The notes below the pieces were generated by a model that saw only the letters and a list, made by a program, of their open reading frames with translations, searched no databases and was not told the origin of the DNA. A DNA stretch of 64,000 nucleotides from Verrucomicrobiia bacterium. Its GTDB lineage: Bacteria > Verrucomicrobiota > Verrucomicrobiia > Limisphaerales > DASXHY01. The DNA lies in assembly GCA_036272195.1 (NCBI GenBank), contig DATAZE010000058.1:16326-80325 (forward strand), read 5' to 3'. Of the stretch, positions 1 to 9,431 are shown piece by piece. A program made the translations under genes and the position numbers. Each line of letters opens with the position of its first letter. Positions within the stretch are counted from its first letter, which is position 1.

Positions 1-534
1 AATGCGGATACGCGCCTTTCCGAAATCGGCCACGCTGCAGGCTTACTGCCGCCAAGAAATTACGAAAAATTTAAAGCAAAAGAAGCGGCTATTAATTCGG
101 AACTTGTCAGACTGAAACGTACTAGAGTAGGCACCGAATTACTGGAGCAAATGCTCCGGCGGCCCGAGATAAGCCATAAAGACTTGCCGGGCGACAATCC
201 AACTTTGCATCCGGAAGTGGTTCAGCAAGTGGAGATTGCGATTAAATACGCAGGATATATTGATCGGCAACAGACCGATATCGAGAAATTTAAGGGGTTG
301 GAAGGTAAACAGATTCCGCCTCTATTTGATTACTCAACCGTCCCCAGCCTCCGCAACGAGGCTCGCCAAAAGCTAACCAAGATTCGTCCCGCGACCTTGG
401 GCCAAGCCTCCCGCATTTCCGGAGTTTCGCCAGCCGACATCAGCATCCTCACGGTGTGGCTAAAGCGAGCGGCAGCCGGTGACGGCAAGTCTCCCAACTC
501 TAATGATCCGGCACCTGTGGATGCAGGCAACTAA
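1..534 (+). CDS. mnmG: tRNA uridine 5-carboxymethylaminomethyl modification enzyme MnmG/GidA, C-terminal part (5' end lies outside the window)
   Basis: Frame 1 is open from nt 1. The C-terminal sequence EVVQQVEIAIKYAGYIDRQQ...RPATLGQASRISGVSPADISILTVWLKR is typical of the GidA C-terminal domain. Confidence 0.9.
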   Translation, partial: NADTRLSEIGHAAGLLPPRNYEKFKAKEAAINSELVRLKRTRVGTELLEQMLRRPEISHKDLPGDNPTLHPEVVQQVEIAIKYAGYIDRQQTDIEKFKGLEGKQIPPLFDYSTVPSLRNEARQKLTKIRPATLGQASRISGVSPADISILTVWLKRAAAGDGKSPNSNDPAPVDAGN

Positions 535-543
535 TTCAAATCG

Positions 544-1602
544 TTGAACATTAGTTTCCATCACCTCGACTTACAACTCGCTCAGCCCTGGGTCATTTCC
601 CGCGGGAAGACCGACGTCGCAAGAGTGGTCGTGGTGCAACTCATGGATCGCGACGGAGTTATCGGTCTCGGCGAAGCCGCGCCTATTTCTCGTTACCAGG
701 AATCGGTCAAATCCGTGGAAAGTTTCCTGCAAAAAATTGATCCCGCACAACTCTCTCCCGACTCGATTCCTGGGAGCATGGCTTACCTGGATACTTTGCA
801 CGCCGGGGAAATGGCGGCCAAGTGCTCGGTCAACATCGCATTGCTGGACCTTGCCGCGAAGCGCGCTCAAAAATCGCTTTGCGATTTTTTGGGTCTTGGC
901 TTCCGCGAAAAGCATCATGCGACGTCATTCACCATTGGCTTGGGCAGCCTTGCCGTCACTCGCGAAAAGGCCCTGGCCGCCCGCGACTACCCTGTGTTGA
1001 AAATGAAGGCCGGTGGCACGAAGGACCAAGCCGCGCTGCGAGCCTTACGCGAAGTCGCTCCGGAAAAAAAGATCCGAGTAGATGCCAACGAGGCGTGGCA
1101 TAGCAGGGAAGAGGCGCTAAAAAATATCGAATGGCTCGCGCAAGACCCGCAGGTGGAATTTGTCGAACAACCATTGCCGGCCGCCACTGCCTCCAAAGAT
1201 TGGATGTGGCTCAAGCAACGCTCGCCGCTCCCCATTTTTGCCGACGAATCACATCACCTCGCCGCTGACACAGCGCACGCCGCGGAATGTTTTCATGGCG
1301 TGAACATCAAGCTCGTAAAAAGCGCCGGCGTCACCGGCGGATTGGAGGCGCTCAAGGCCGCCCGCCAGGCCGGCCTGAAAACCATGCTCGGCTGCATGAT
1401 TGAGACGAGCATTCTCATCAGCGCCGCCGCGCATCTCGCGGAGTTGTGTGATTATCTCGACCTTGATGGGAATTTGCTGATCACGAATGATCCGTATCTT
1501 GGTGTGGCCGCAAAAAATGGAATTCTTTCGTTCGCCAGCGCGCCGGAAAAATACGGCTTGCGCGTCTGCGCTAAAGAAGGGCAGAGAGCATCTCTCGCTT
1601 AA
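544..1602 (+). CDS. Enolase-superfamily dipeptide (L-Ala-D/L-Glu-type) epimerase / muconate-cycloisomerase-like protein
   Basis: 352 aa with a TTG start. The N-terminal capping domain (GLGEAAP) and a barrel with the KxK (VLKMKAG), DANEAW, EQP and DES metal/catalytic motif order match the MR/MLE subgroup. Confidence 0.75.
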   Translation: MNISFHHLDLQLAQPWVISRGKTDVARVVVVQLMDRDGVIGLGEAAPISRYQESVKSVESFLQKIDPAQLSPDSIPGSMAYLDTLHAGEMAAKCSVNIALLDLAAKRAQKSLCDFLGLGFREKHHATSFTIGLGSLAVTREKALAARDYPVLKMKAGGTKDQAALRALREVAPEKKIRVDANEAWHSREEALKNIEWLAQDPQVEFVEQPLPAATASKDWMWLKQRSPLPIFADESHHLAADTAHAAECFHGVNIKLVKSAGVTGGLEALKAARQAGLKTMLGCMIETSILISAAAHLAELCDYLDLDGNLLITNDPYLGVAAKNGILSFASAPEKYGLRVCAKEGQRASLA

Positions 1603-1612
1603 CCTGATGGCT

Positions 1613-1682
1613 ATGGAGACGCAGAGCGCTCAGCGATTTTTAGATTAAAAAGCAAAGCAGACAATTTCCTACCTCTGCGTTC
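1613..1682. repeat. REP-like imperfect inverted repeat (GAGACGCAGAG ... CTCTGCGTTCTC) between convergent genes
   Basis: The arms were read directly from the sequence. The GACGCAGAG core recurs at 56196-56212. Confidence 0.45.
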
Positions 1683-1724
1683 TCTGTACCTCTGTGGCTA
1701 ACGATTTCTTTACCAACAGGAACT

Positions 1725-2258
1725 CTAAAGCCCCATCTTGCTCAACTCAGCCTCCAGCGAGGATTGGAATTGCTGCAAATCTCCCGGCGAAGGCCGATAA
1801 CCCGCCTGCTGCGGAGACAACCCGAGCCGGCCGGTTTGATCAATATACCAATCGGCCTGCTGGCCGTCGCTGAACGTCACCTTGCCACTGACGACCGCTC
1901 CCGCTCGCGCCAGTTGGTCCACCACCACTGAAATATTTCCCGTCACGCCCGCAGGCGCCGCTGCATTTGGAGTGCTGGGTACCGGCACGGCCTGGGTCGG
2001 AGTGGCCTGGGCCGGCGGGGGCGTGGGCAGCGCCGGGGTGATTGGTTTGGGTGGCTCGGTATCCCTGGGTGTCAGCTTCAAGTCATCCACCAGGAAACGC
2101 ACGTCCATGTAAGTCATCCGTACGCCCAATTCAGAAGCCAGGCGATTTTGGATTTCGGAAAGTTTCATTCCCTCGGCGATCCATTGCGCCACTTTTTTTC
2201 TTTGCGTGTCGTCCAGAGTCATAAGGTGTCCGCTACTGTTTCCAATCGTTTCATTCAT
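1725..2258 (-). CDS. Hypothetical protein with a central Pro/Thr/Ala-rich linker
   Basis: Long ORF with coding-like composition in both the N- and C-terminal domains. The start is taken at MNETIG (an alternative start is 2282). No recognisable family. Confidence 0.5.
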   Translation of the reverse strand: MNETIGNSSGHLMTLDDTQRKKVAQWIAEGMKLSEIQNRLASELGVRMTYMDVRFLVDDLKLTPRDTEPPKPITPALPTPPPAQATPTQAVPVPSTPNAAAPAGVTGNISVVVDQLARAGAVVSGKVTFSDGQQADWYIDQTGRLGLSPQQAGYRPSPGDLQQFQSSLEAELSKMGL

Positions 2259-2534
2259 TGTAGTGCAGCCTTGAAAAAACACAGGTCAATTTTTTCGCGG
2301 CGAATCGCAGCGCTCGCCCTTCCATTTTCAGCGGTGGAATTGGCCATGATCGCGCAAAATTTTTCTTCTTCGCCGGGAATTTTTTTTGGTTTGCGGGAAT
2401 CACCCCATTGAGACAGCACCTCCGCTGAACTCCCTTATAAGACGAATGTTATTCCATATGGAACGTGATGTTTCGAACGGTTTAACGAGGGAGCAGGTCT
2501 CCCCAAAAATGAATTCTCCAATCCAATTTACTCT

Positions 2535-3824
2535 ATGTCTTACGCGCCTATGGGTTCTGAACTGATCGTGACAAATGCCAGTTTCATCGGTGACCAAGGC
2601 TCTCCTTTTCCCAAATCAATTTCCAAACGTTCCCGGCGATCTACTCCACCCACTTTCTCACAGCGAAAAGCTTCGCCCGGTCCGAATTATTCCATCATCG
2701 TTCATTGCCATCTCTGTTGGGATTGGGTGTGGCAGCGTCCGCAGCAATTTCTCTCGCGTCTAAGCGCACGCCACAAAATTCTTTTCATCGAAACCATCGG
2801 GCCGGATCCGCAATTGTCCTCGTCCGTGGCGCGATTTTGGACGGCTGCAAATTTTCCGAATATCACCATTCTCCGGCTCCAATTTCCCACTTGGCGCTGG
2901 AGCGATGGCGCATTCGTGGATCGCGAACGCCGTCGCCTGGTGAAAGAATTTCTCTCCGGTCCCGGCGCGGGCCAATTCGAGAACTCCGTGCAATGGTTTT
3001 ACGATCCGATGGCTGTGCCGTCCTTTTTGGGGCAGATGGATGAAATCGGCATCGTCTACGATTGCATGGACGAGCTCTCAAAATTCCGCGGCGCGCCGCC
3101 ACCGATCCGCACGCGCGAACGGCGATTATTGACGGAGGCCGACGTCGTCTTCACCGGTGGTCACAAGCTCTGGCAATCGAAAAAATTGCTCAATGAGAAT
3201 TGCCATTTTTACGGCTGCGGCGTGGACGTCGCGCATTTTGGCAAGGCCCGCGAAGCCGGCACAAAAATTCCTGATGACATTGTTTCGCTTAACAAACCAG
3301 TGCTTGGCTATTTCGGCGTGGTCGATGAACGCATGGATTACGACCTGCTCATCAAATTGGCCGACGCCAATCCGGATTGGAGTATTGCGATGGTAGGTCC
3401 GACGCTCAAGGTTGATCGAGTCCCGCAGCGCCCGAACATTCATTGGCTGGGACAAAAAAATTACACGGAGCTTCCGGCATACTGCAAAGCGTTCGACGTT
3501 TGCCTCATGCCTTTTGCGTTGAACGAAGCGACCGAGTTCATCAATCCGACCAAGGCTCTCGAATACATGGCCACCGGAAAGCCCATCGTCAGTTCCGCAG
3601 TGCCCGACGTGGTCACGAATTTCGGATCGGTCGTAAAAATCGCGCGCTCACACGAAGAATTTTTGGCGCTTTGCCGCCAGGCCATCGAAGCGCCCGATGC
3701 ACGGGCCATCGAGGCTGGATTAACTCAGGCGGCGAATAATTCCTGGGACAGCATTGTGGCACAGTTGGAGAACCACATTGCAAAAGCCATCGGCCAGAAA
3801 CAAACCACCGAGGCAATCGCATGA
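2535..3824 (+). CDS. Glycosyltransferase (GT1/GT4-like fold)
   Basis: 429 aa. It has the HCHLCWDWVWQRPQQ N-terminal motif and a C-terminal GT-B-like region (PFALNEATEFINPTKALEYMATGKPIV). Its stop overlaps the glf start (ATGA-type overlap at 3821-3824). Confidence 0.7.
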   Translation: MSYAPMGSELIVTNASFIGDQGSPFPKSISKRSRRSTPPTFSQRKASPGPNYSIIVHCHLCWDWVWQRPQQFLSRLSARHKILFIETIGPDPQLSSSVARFWTAANFPNITILRLQFPTWRWSDGAFVDRERRRLVKEFLSGPGAGQFENSVQWFYDPMAVPSFLGQMDEIGIVYDCMDELSKFRGAPPPIRTRERRLLTEADVVFTGGHKLWQSKKLLNENCHFYGCGVDVAHFGKAREAGTKIPDDIVSLNKPVLGYFGVVDERMDYDLLIKLADANPDWSIAMVGPTLKVDRVPQRPNIHWLGQKNYTELPAYCKAFDVCLMPFALNEATEFINPTKALEYMATGKPIVSSAVPDVVTNFGSVVKIARSHEEFLALCRQAIEAPDARAIEAGLTQAANNSWDSIVAQLENHIAKAIGQKQTTEAIA

Positions 3825-5104
3825 AGAATGAAAATGGAAACGGTCACAGCAACGGAAACGGCCACTTGAATGGCAATGGCCACTCGCATTCGGTTCAGCC
3901 GGTCGCGTTCGATTACCTCATCGTCGGGGCCGGTTACGCCGGCAGCGTTTTGGCCGAACGCCTCGCGCGCGGCTCCGGCAAGCAAGTACTGCTCATCGAT
4001 CGCCGCTCACACATCGGCGGCAACGCTTATGATTGCTACGATGACGCCGGCATCTTGATCCACAAATACGGCCCGCACATTTTCCACACCAACTCAAAGG
4101 AGGTGTTCGATTACCTCTCGCGTTTCACTGAGTGGCGGCAATATCAGCATCGTGTGCTGGCGCACGTCGACGGCCAGTTGGTTCCGATTCCGATCAACCT
4201 CGACACGATCAATAAACTTTACGGCCTGAGTCTGAATTCATTCCAGATGGAGGAATTCCTCGCGAGTCGCGCCGAAAAAATCGAGTGCGCGCGAACTTCC
4301 GAAGACGTCGTGGTTGGCAAAGTGGGCCGCGAACTTTACGAAAAATTTTTCCGCGGCTACACGCGCAAGCAATGGGGGCTGGATCCTTCCGAACTCGATG
4401 CGCAAGTGACCGCCCGCGTGCCCACGCGCACGAATCGCGACGATCGATATTTCACCGACGCTTATCAAGCCATGCCCAAGCGCGGTTTCGCGCGCATGTT
4501 TGAGAACATGCTCGACCATCCCAATATTCACGTTTTGTTGAACACCGATTACCGCGCGGTGCGCAATTTCATCCCGCATCGCGAAGTGATTTATTGCGGG
4601 CCGGTGGATGAGTTCTTTGATTTTCGTTTCGGCAAACTTCCGTATCGATGTCTTGAATTCAAGCACGAGACGTTGAACTGCGAACAATATCAGCCTGTGG
4701 CGGTGGTCAATTATCCGAATGACTACGCCTACACGCGTGTGACCGAGTTCAAGCATCTCACCGGCCAGGAACATTCCAAAACGAGCGTCGTCTACGAATT
4801 TCCCAAAGCCGACGGCGACGAATATTACCCGATTCCGCGGCGCGAAAATGCGGATTTATATCGCCAATACCAGGAACTGGCCGAACAGGCGGGCGTGCAT
4901 TTCGTCGGGCGGCTTGCCACTTACAAGTATTACAACATGGACCAGGTGGTGGCGCAGGCGTTGACGCTCTACGCAAAATTGGAAAACAAAACCCGCGCAG
5001 AAGCGGCGGCGTTGCAAAGCGTGCCGTCCATCACTCCTGTCAGTTTCCCGCGCGTCGTCAAACCGCGCCGCATCCGTCGTCCCGCCGTTGCCGTGGAATC
5101 CTGA
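3821..5104 (+). CDS. glf: UDP-galactopyranose mutase
   Basis: Carries the FAD Rossmann motif DYLIVGAGYAGS and the conserved YGPHIFHTN...FTEWRQYQHRV and ATYKYYNMDQVV blocks. It also has an N-terminal (NGNGH)x3 extension. Confidence 0.9.
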   Translation: MKNENGNGHSNGNGHLNGNGHSHSVQPVAFDYLIVGAGYAGSVLAERLARGSGKQVLLIDRRSHIGGNAYDCYDDAGILIHKYGPHIFHTNSKEVFDYLSRFTEWRQYQHRVLAHVDGQLVPIPINLDTINKLYGLSLNSFQMEEFLASRAEKIECARTSEDVVVGKVGRELYEKFFRGYTRKQWGLDPSELDAQVTARVPTRTNRDDRYFTDAYQAMPKRGFARMFENMLDHPNIHVLLNTDYRAVRNFIPHREVIYCGPVDEFFDFRFGKLPYRCLEFKHETLNCEQYQPVAVVNYPNDYAYTRVTEFKHLTGQEHSKTSVVYEFPKADGDEYYPIPRRENADLYRQYQELAEQAGVHFVGRLATYKYYNMDQVVAQALTLYAKLENKTRAEAAALQSVPSITPVSFPRVVKPRRIRRPAVAVES

Positions 5105-6341
5105 TCTGTTGCGGCGTATGAGATGCAAAGAGGCGCATCCGGGGGTCGAAGCTATTCCGCGCGAGCCGCTCTTTAAGAGTTTTTTCGCGGGTGGCTTTGA
5201 ATGTTCCACCCATCGCCTGCGCAACGGCCAACGGCTGGACCTCGTGGCCGCCACGCATCACGAAGAATTCGCGTCGCAGGATTATCAACGTCTCAAAAAA
5301 CAAAGTCTTCGTGTTGCGCGCGAGGGTTTGCGCTGGCATCTCGTGGAACGAACGCGCGGCCACTATGATTTTTCCACCGCTTCGTCCATCGTGCGCGCCG
5401 CGCGCGCCACCGGCACACAAGTCATCTGGGATTTGTGCCATTTCGGTTGGCCAGATCATCTCGATATTTTCACGCCGGACTTTGTCACCGCACTCGCCGA
5501 TTACGGTGCTGCATTCGCCAAGTGGTTGGCCAAAGAAACGGACGAGCCCGGCTTCTTCGTCCCGGTAAATGAGATTTCATTTTTTTCCTGGGCCGCGGCC
5601 GACGAAGGTTGCATTTTCCCGTTCGCTGCCGGCCGGGGTTTTGAATTGAAAACACAGCTGGCACGCGCCGCGATCCGTGCCATGGACGCCATCTGGAGCG
5701 TAATGTCCGCCGCGCAGTTCGCCCACGTGGATCCGATTATTCATGTCGTGGCCGATTTGACACACCCCGAGGAGAAAGCCGAGGCCGAGGCCTACCGTCT
5801 CTCACAATTTCAATCGTGGGACATGATCAGCGGCCGTCTCTGGCCTGAACTGGGCGGCCACGAAAAATATCTGGATGTCATCGGGGCGAATTTTTATCCG
5901 CACAACCAATGGTTTTATAATCTCAAGGGCTTTCGCAGCATTCGTCCCTTCACTCCGATTTTGCGCCGGGACCCGGCGTATCGCCCCTTCCGCGAAATGC
6001 TCGGGGAACTTTACGAGCGTTATCATCGCCCGATGTTCATTGCGGAAACGGGTTCGGAAGATCGCAGGCGCGCCGGTTGGCTTCGCTATGTTTGCGGTGA
6101 AACCCTGGCCGCAATTGAAACCGGCGTCCCCATCCACGGCCTGTGTCTTTACCCCATTTTAAATCATCCCGGTTGGGACGATAGTCGTCATTGCCGCAAT
6201 GGTCTCTGGGATTATCCGGACGCGGACGGACACCGGCAACTTTACGAACCGCTCGCGCGCGAATTGAAAGCGTGGCAAAAAGTTTTTGAACACGGTGAGG
6301 CATCCGGACACGAGGCCGCAATGGAGGCGGCGACGGCATGA
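5088..6341 (+). CDS. Clan GH-A (family-1-like) glycoside hydrolase
   Basis: 417 aa. The FAGGFECSTH start, VNEISF (acid/base-like NE) and FIAETG (nucleophile-like E) fit a (beta/alpha)8 retaining glycosidase. It overlaps the glf end by 17 nt. Confidence 0.55.
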   Translation: MPWNPDLLRRMRCKEAHPGVEAIPREPLFKSFFAGGFECSTHRLRNGQRLDLVAATHHEEFASQDYQRLKKQSLRVAREGLRWHLVERTRGHYDFSTASSIVRAARATGTQVIWDLCHFGWPDHLDIFTPDFVTALADYGAAFAKWLAKETDEPGFFVPVNEISFFSWAAADEGCIFPFAAGRGFELKTQLARAAIRAMDAIWSVMSAAQFAHVDPIIHVVADLTHPEEKAEAEAYRLSQFQSWDMISGRLWPELGGHEKYLDVIGANFYPHNQWFYNLKGFRSIRPFTPILRRDPAYRPFREMLGELYERYHRPMFIAETGSEDRRRAGWLRYVCGETLAAIETGVPIHGLCLYPILNHPGWDDSRHCRNGLWDYPDADGHRQLYEPLARELKAWQKVFEHGEASGHEAAMEAATA

Positions 6342-6356
6342 ACGCAAATAAAAACC

Positions 6357-6425
6357 GAATGACGAATGATGAATGGCTCTCGCAGTACTTGCGGGCATCA
6401 CAAAGCCATTCGTCATTCGTCATTC
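6357..6425. repeat. REP-like hairpin (GAATGACGAATGATGAATGGCT ... AGCCATTCGTCATTCGTCATTC)
   Basis: About 22-nt imperfect inverted arms with an inner CGCAGTACTTGCG palindrome. It lies in the 95-nt gap between the GH-A-like and GH2 genes. Confidence 0.6.
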
Positions 6426-6436
6426 GTCATTAACCC

Positions 6437-9364
6437 ATGCCCACTCAATTTCTCTATCCGCGTCCCGAATATCCCCGGCCCGACCGGCAGCGGGGCACGA
6501 TTGAGGGCGACGACTGGTTAAATCTCAACGGCCCGTGGCAATTTCGTTTCGATGGCAACCGGCGCGGAAATGAAGAGCTTTGGTTCACGCCCGACCACTC
6601 AGAATGGCGCGAACAAATCATCGTGCCCTTCTGCTGGGAATCCCTCGCCGCGTGGGGCGAGGGCGACGCCGCAGGCAATGACAACTACTACGCCACCCGC
6701 GTCTTCCGCAACCCGCTCGAAGTGACGCGCGAGAACCATCGCTCGGCGGTGCGCTATGAGGTGGGATGGTATCGGCGTTTGGTGGAGATTCCGCAAACCG
6801 ACGCCTGGAAAAACAAGCGCGTCATTCTCACGATCGGCGCGGCGGATTTTTTCACCGATTGCTGGTGCAACGGAAAACATCTCGGCCACCACGAAGGCGG
6901 CTATACCCCATTCGATTTCGATCTCACGGACGCGTTGGTGGAACAGGACGGCAAACGGACCGCTTTGATCGTTTTTCGCGTTGAGGACCCGATGGACAAC
7001 CGCGAGCAGCCCGTCGGCAAACAATGGCGCTGGTACACCACCACGAGCGGCATCTGGCAAACCGTGTTCATCGAGCCGCGAAGCGAAACGCACATTAAAT
7101 TGTTCCGCATCGTCAGTGATATCGACAAAGGCACGGCGCAATTCACAATTGAATGCGCGAACACGAAAAACGGATGTTCGGTCGAGATCGAAATCAGCCC
7201 TCCTGGGAGCGCCGCCGTCCCGGCGGCAAGCCCCAACTGCGACCAGGCCGGCGAGACGCCAGCGCTCACAGGGAACTGCGCCACGTCCAGCGAACCGCAA
7301 ACCTCCCTGGTTAAAGTCAAAAATGGCCGCGCCGAAACCACCATCAAGCTCAACACCGTTCGCCTGTGGGACCCGAACGCGCCGAACCTTTACAACGTCC
7401 AGCTCCGCCTGCGCACCAACGGCGACAAATACGACACCGTGCGCACTTATTTCGGGCTGCGCAAAATCGATTTTGAGATCGCCAGGGATTCCGGTGTGCC
7501 CGCTGCGCTTCGGTTAAACGGCGTTCCCCGCTATCTGCGCGGCGCGCTGCATCAGTCTTTTTATCCGGATGGCGTTTACACCGCCGCCAGCGTGAACGTC
7601 ATCAAGAACGACATCACGCGCGCGAAGGAATACGGCTTCAATTTTCTCCGCATCCACATCAAGGTGGACGATCCGTTGATCTATCATTGGGCCGACAAGC
7701 TGGGAATTTTGCTCATGGCTGATTTCCCGAATTTCGGTGAAGGCGGCGACACCGCGTTCGGCCGCCGACGGTTTGAGCAAATGGTGCATGAAGCGATTGA
7801 GCGCGATTTCAATCATCCATCCATCTTTGCGTGGTGTTTGTTCAATGAAACCTGGGGTTTCGGCGGCCAAATGAGTTTCCTCGATAAACTCCTCGCACCA
7901 ACACCCGCCGTCGCGCCCGGCGATGAAAAATCAATTGCCGAAACCGCGAAGAAAAAAGGAGGCGCGACCGAAGCAACACCCTTGTCCAAACCGCAGGTGT
8001 GGGTCCAACAAATGTGGGAACTCGCCAAATGCCTCGACCCTACAAGGCTAGTCGAAGACATGAGCGTTTGTCATTGGGACCACCTGGAATATTATCAGCA
8101 CTGCGATACCGACATCAACTCGTGGCACTTTTACATCAACGATTACCAGAAGGCGAAAGAGCACATTCAGAAAATCGTCAAATCAACTTTCGTCGGCTCC
8201 AGTTTTAATTACGTCCCCGGTTTTCAACACAAAGGTCAACCGCTCATCAACAGCGAATACGGCGGCATCGGCGCGCTCGATGGCGACCGAGACATCAGTT
8301 GGAGCTTCAAATTTCTCACCAACGAATTGCGCCGCCACCAGCAAATTTCCGCCTATATCTATACCGAACTGCACGATGTGGAATGGGAATACAACGGCTT
8401 CCTGAATTACGACCGCACGCCGAAGGAATTCGGCTACGACCCGCGTTTCATCAATGAAAGCAATACGCTGCCCATCGATGCCCCGCCGATTGTCCACGCG
8501 AAACCTGGCGACACGATCCGGTTTGAAATTTCGTCGTCGCACTTTTCCTCGCGTGCCTACAAAAATGTTTCGCTGCATTGGGAAATGGGCGGCGTGGATA
8601 CTCGCGGGCGGGTCTACCAGGACCTCGCGCTCGGGCGCGTGCAGATTCCCTTTCCTCACCGCAAAGTCGAGCACGCGCACACGATGGAATTAAAAATGCC
8701 GGACACGGAGATGCTGTGCACACTCCTGCTTTCCGCCCGCACCTCGGACGGTACGGTGCTCGCGCAAAACTTCGTGAACTTTTTCTGCAACGGCATTTAT
8801 CCGACCGCCCGTGAAGAGACACCACGCGCGTTGATCCTGCGCGGCCTGCCCGCCAATTGGGAGCAAGCCAATTGGGAAGGTGAATTCGCCGATCGCGACA
8901 AAGCGCGCGCGGAAGACATTTGCTACGGTTTCGGCCATGGTTATTTTGAGTGGAAACTGCCGCTGGAAGGCGCGGACCTCGCAAAAGCGCACCGTTTAAA
9001 AGTCGTATGCGAAGCCTCGTCGCATCGCATGGACAGTCCGCAAACGGATGCCGACATCTTTCCAACGACACTGCAACTTTCGTTGAATAACGTTCCGGTT
9101 TACAAAGGAGTATTGCGTAATCATCCGCACGACGCGCGCGGCGTGCTCAGTTATCTGCGCGGTGGCGCGGGCGCCTACGGTTATCTTGTCCACGCCTTCG
9201 CTGAAGGCGATCTGCTTCGTCAAATTGCCGCCAGTGATGGCGATGGTTCGCTCCGTCTGCGTTGCGCCGTGCCGCCGGATGCCTTGCCCGTGGGTGGTTT
9301 GACCCTCTACGGCGCTGAATGCGGGAGATTCCCGGTGTGCCCGACAGTGATTGTAGAGTGGTGA
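6437..9364 (+). CDS. Glycoside hydrolase family 2 protein (beta-galactosidase/beta-mannosidase-like)
   Basis: 975 aa. It has the sugar-binding domain motif GGYTPFDFDLTDAL, the acid/base region NHPSIFAWCLFNETWG and the nucleophile region LINSEYGG. Confidence 0.8.
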   Translation: MPTQFLYPRPEYPRPDRQRGTIEGDDWLNLNGPWQFRFDGNRRGNEELWFTPDHSEWREQIIVPFCWESLAAWGEGDAAGNDNYYATRVFRNPLEVTRENHRSAVRYEVGWYRRLVEIPQTDAWKNKRVILTIGAADFFTDCWCNGKHLGHHEGGYTPFDFDLTDALVEQDGKRTALIVFRVEDPMDNREQPVGKQWRWYTTTSGIWQTVFIEPRSETHIKLFRIVSDIDKGTAQFTIECANTKNGCSVEIEISPPGSAAVPAASPNCDQAGETPALTGNCATSSEPQTSLVKVKNGRAETTIKLNTVRLWDPNAPNLYNVQLRLRTNGDKYDTVRTYFGLRKIDFEIARDSGVPAALRLNGVPRYLRGALHQSFYPDGVYTAASVNVIKNDITRAKEYGFNFLRIHIKVDDPLIYHWADKLGILLMADFPNFGEGGDTAFGRRRFEQMVHEAIERDFNHPSIFAWCLFNETWGFGGQMSFLDKLLAPTPAVAPGDEKSIAETAKKKGGATEATPLSKPQVWVQQMWELAKCLDPTRLVEDMSVCHWDHLEYYQHCDTDINSWHFYINDYQKAKEHIQKIVKSTFVGSSFNYVPGFQHKGQPLINSEYGGIGALDGDRDISWSFKFLTNELRRHQQISAYIYTELHDVEWEYNGFLNYDRTPKEFGYDPRFINESNTLPIDAPPIVHAKPGDTIRFEISSSHFSSRAYKNVSLHWEMGGVDTRGRVYQDLALGRVQIPFPHRKVEHAHTMELKMPDTEMLCTLLLSARTSDGTVLAQNFVNFFCNGIYPTAREETPRALILRGLPANWEQANWEGEFADRDKARAEDICYGFGHGYFEWKLPLEGADLAKAHRLKVVCEASSHRMDSPQTDADIFPTTLQLSLNNVPVYKGVLRNHPHDARGVLSYLRGGAGAYGYLVHAFAEGDLLRQIAASDGDGSLRLRCAVPPDALPVGGLTLYGAECGRFPVCPTVIVEW

Positions 9365-9431
9365 TACGGTAATAAATTTCGCGCCCCGGTTTTTCTCTTG
9401 TCTCGCACTCCTTTTGTTTCACAATTCAAAC

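Noticed and set aside
2452-2463. Perfect 12-bp palindrome TTCCATATGGAA upstream of the glycosyltransferase gene
   Set aside because: It is short enough to arise by chance in an AT-richer intergenic region, and there is no second site or promoter context to support an operator call.
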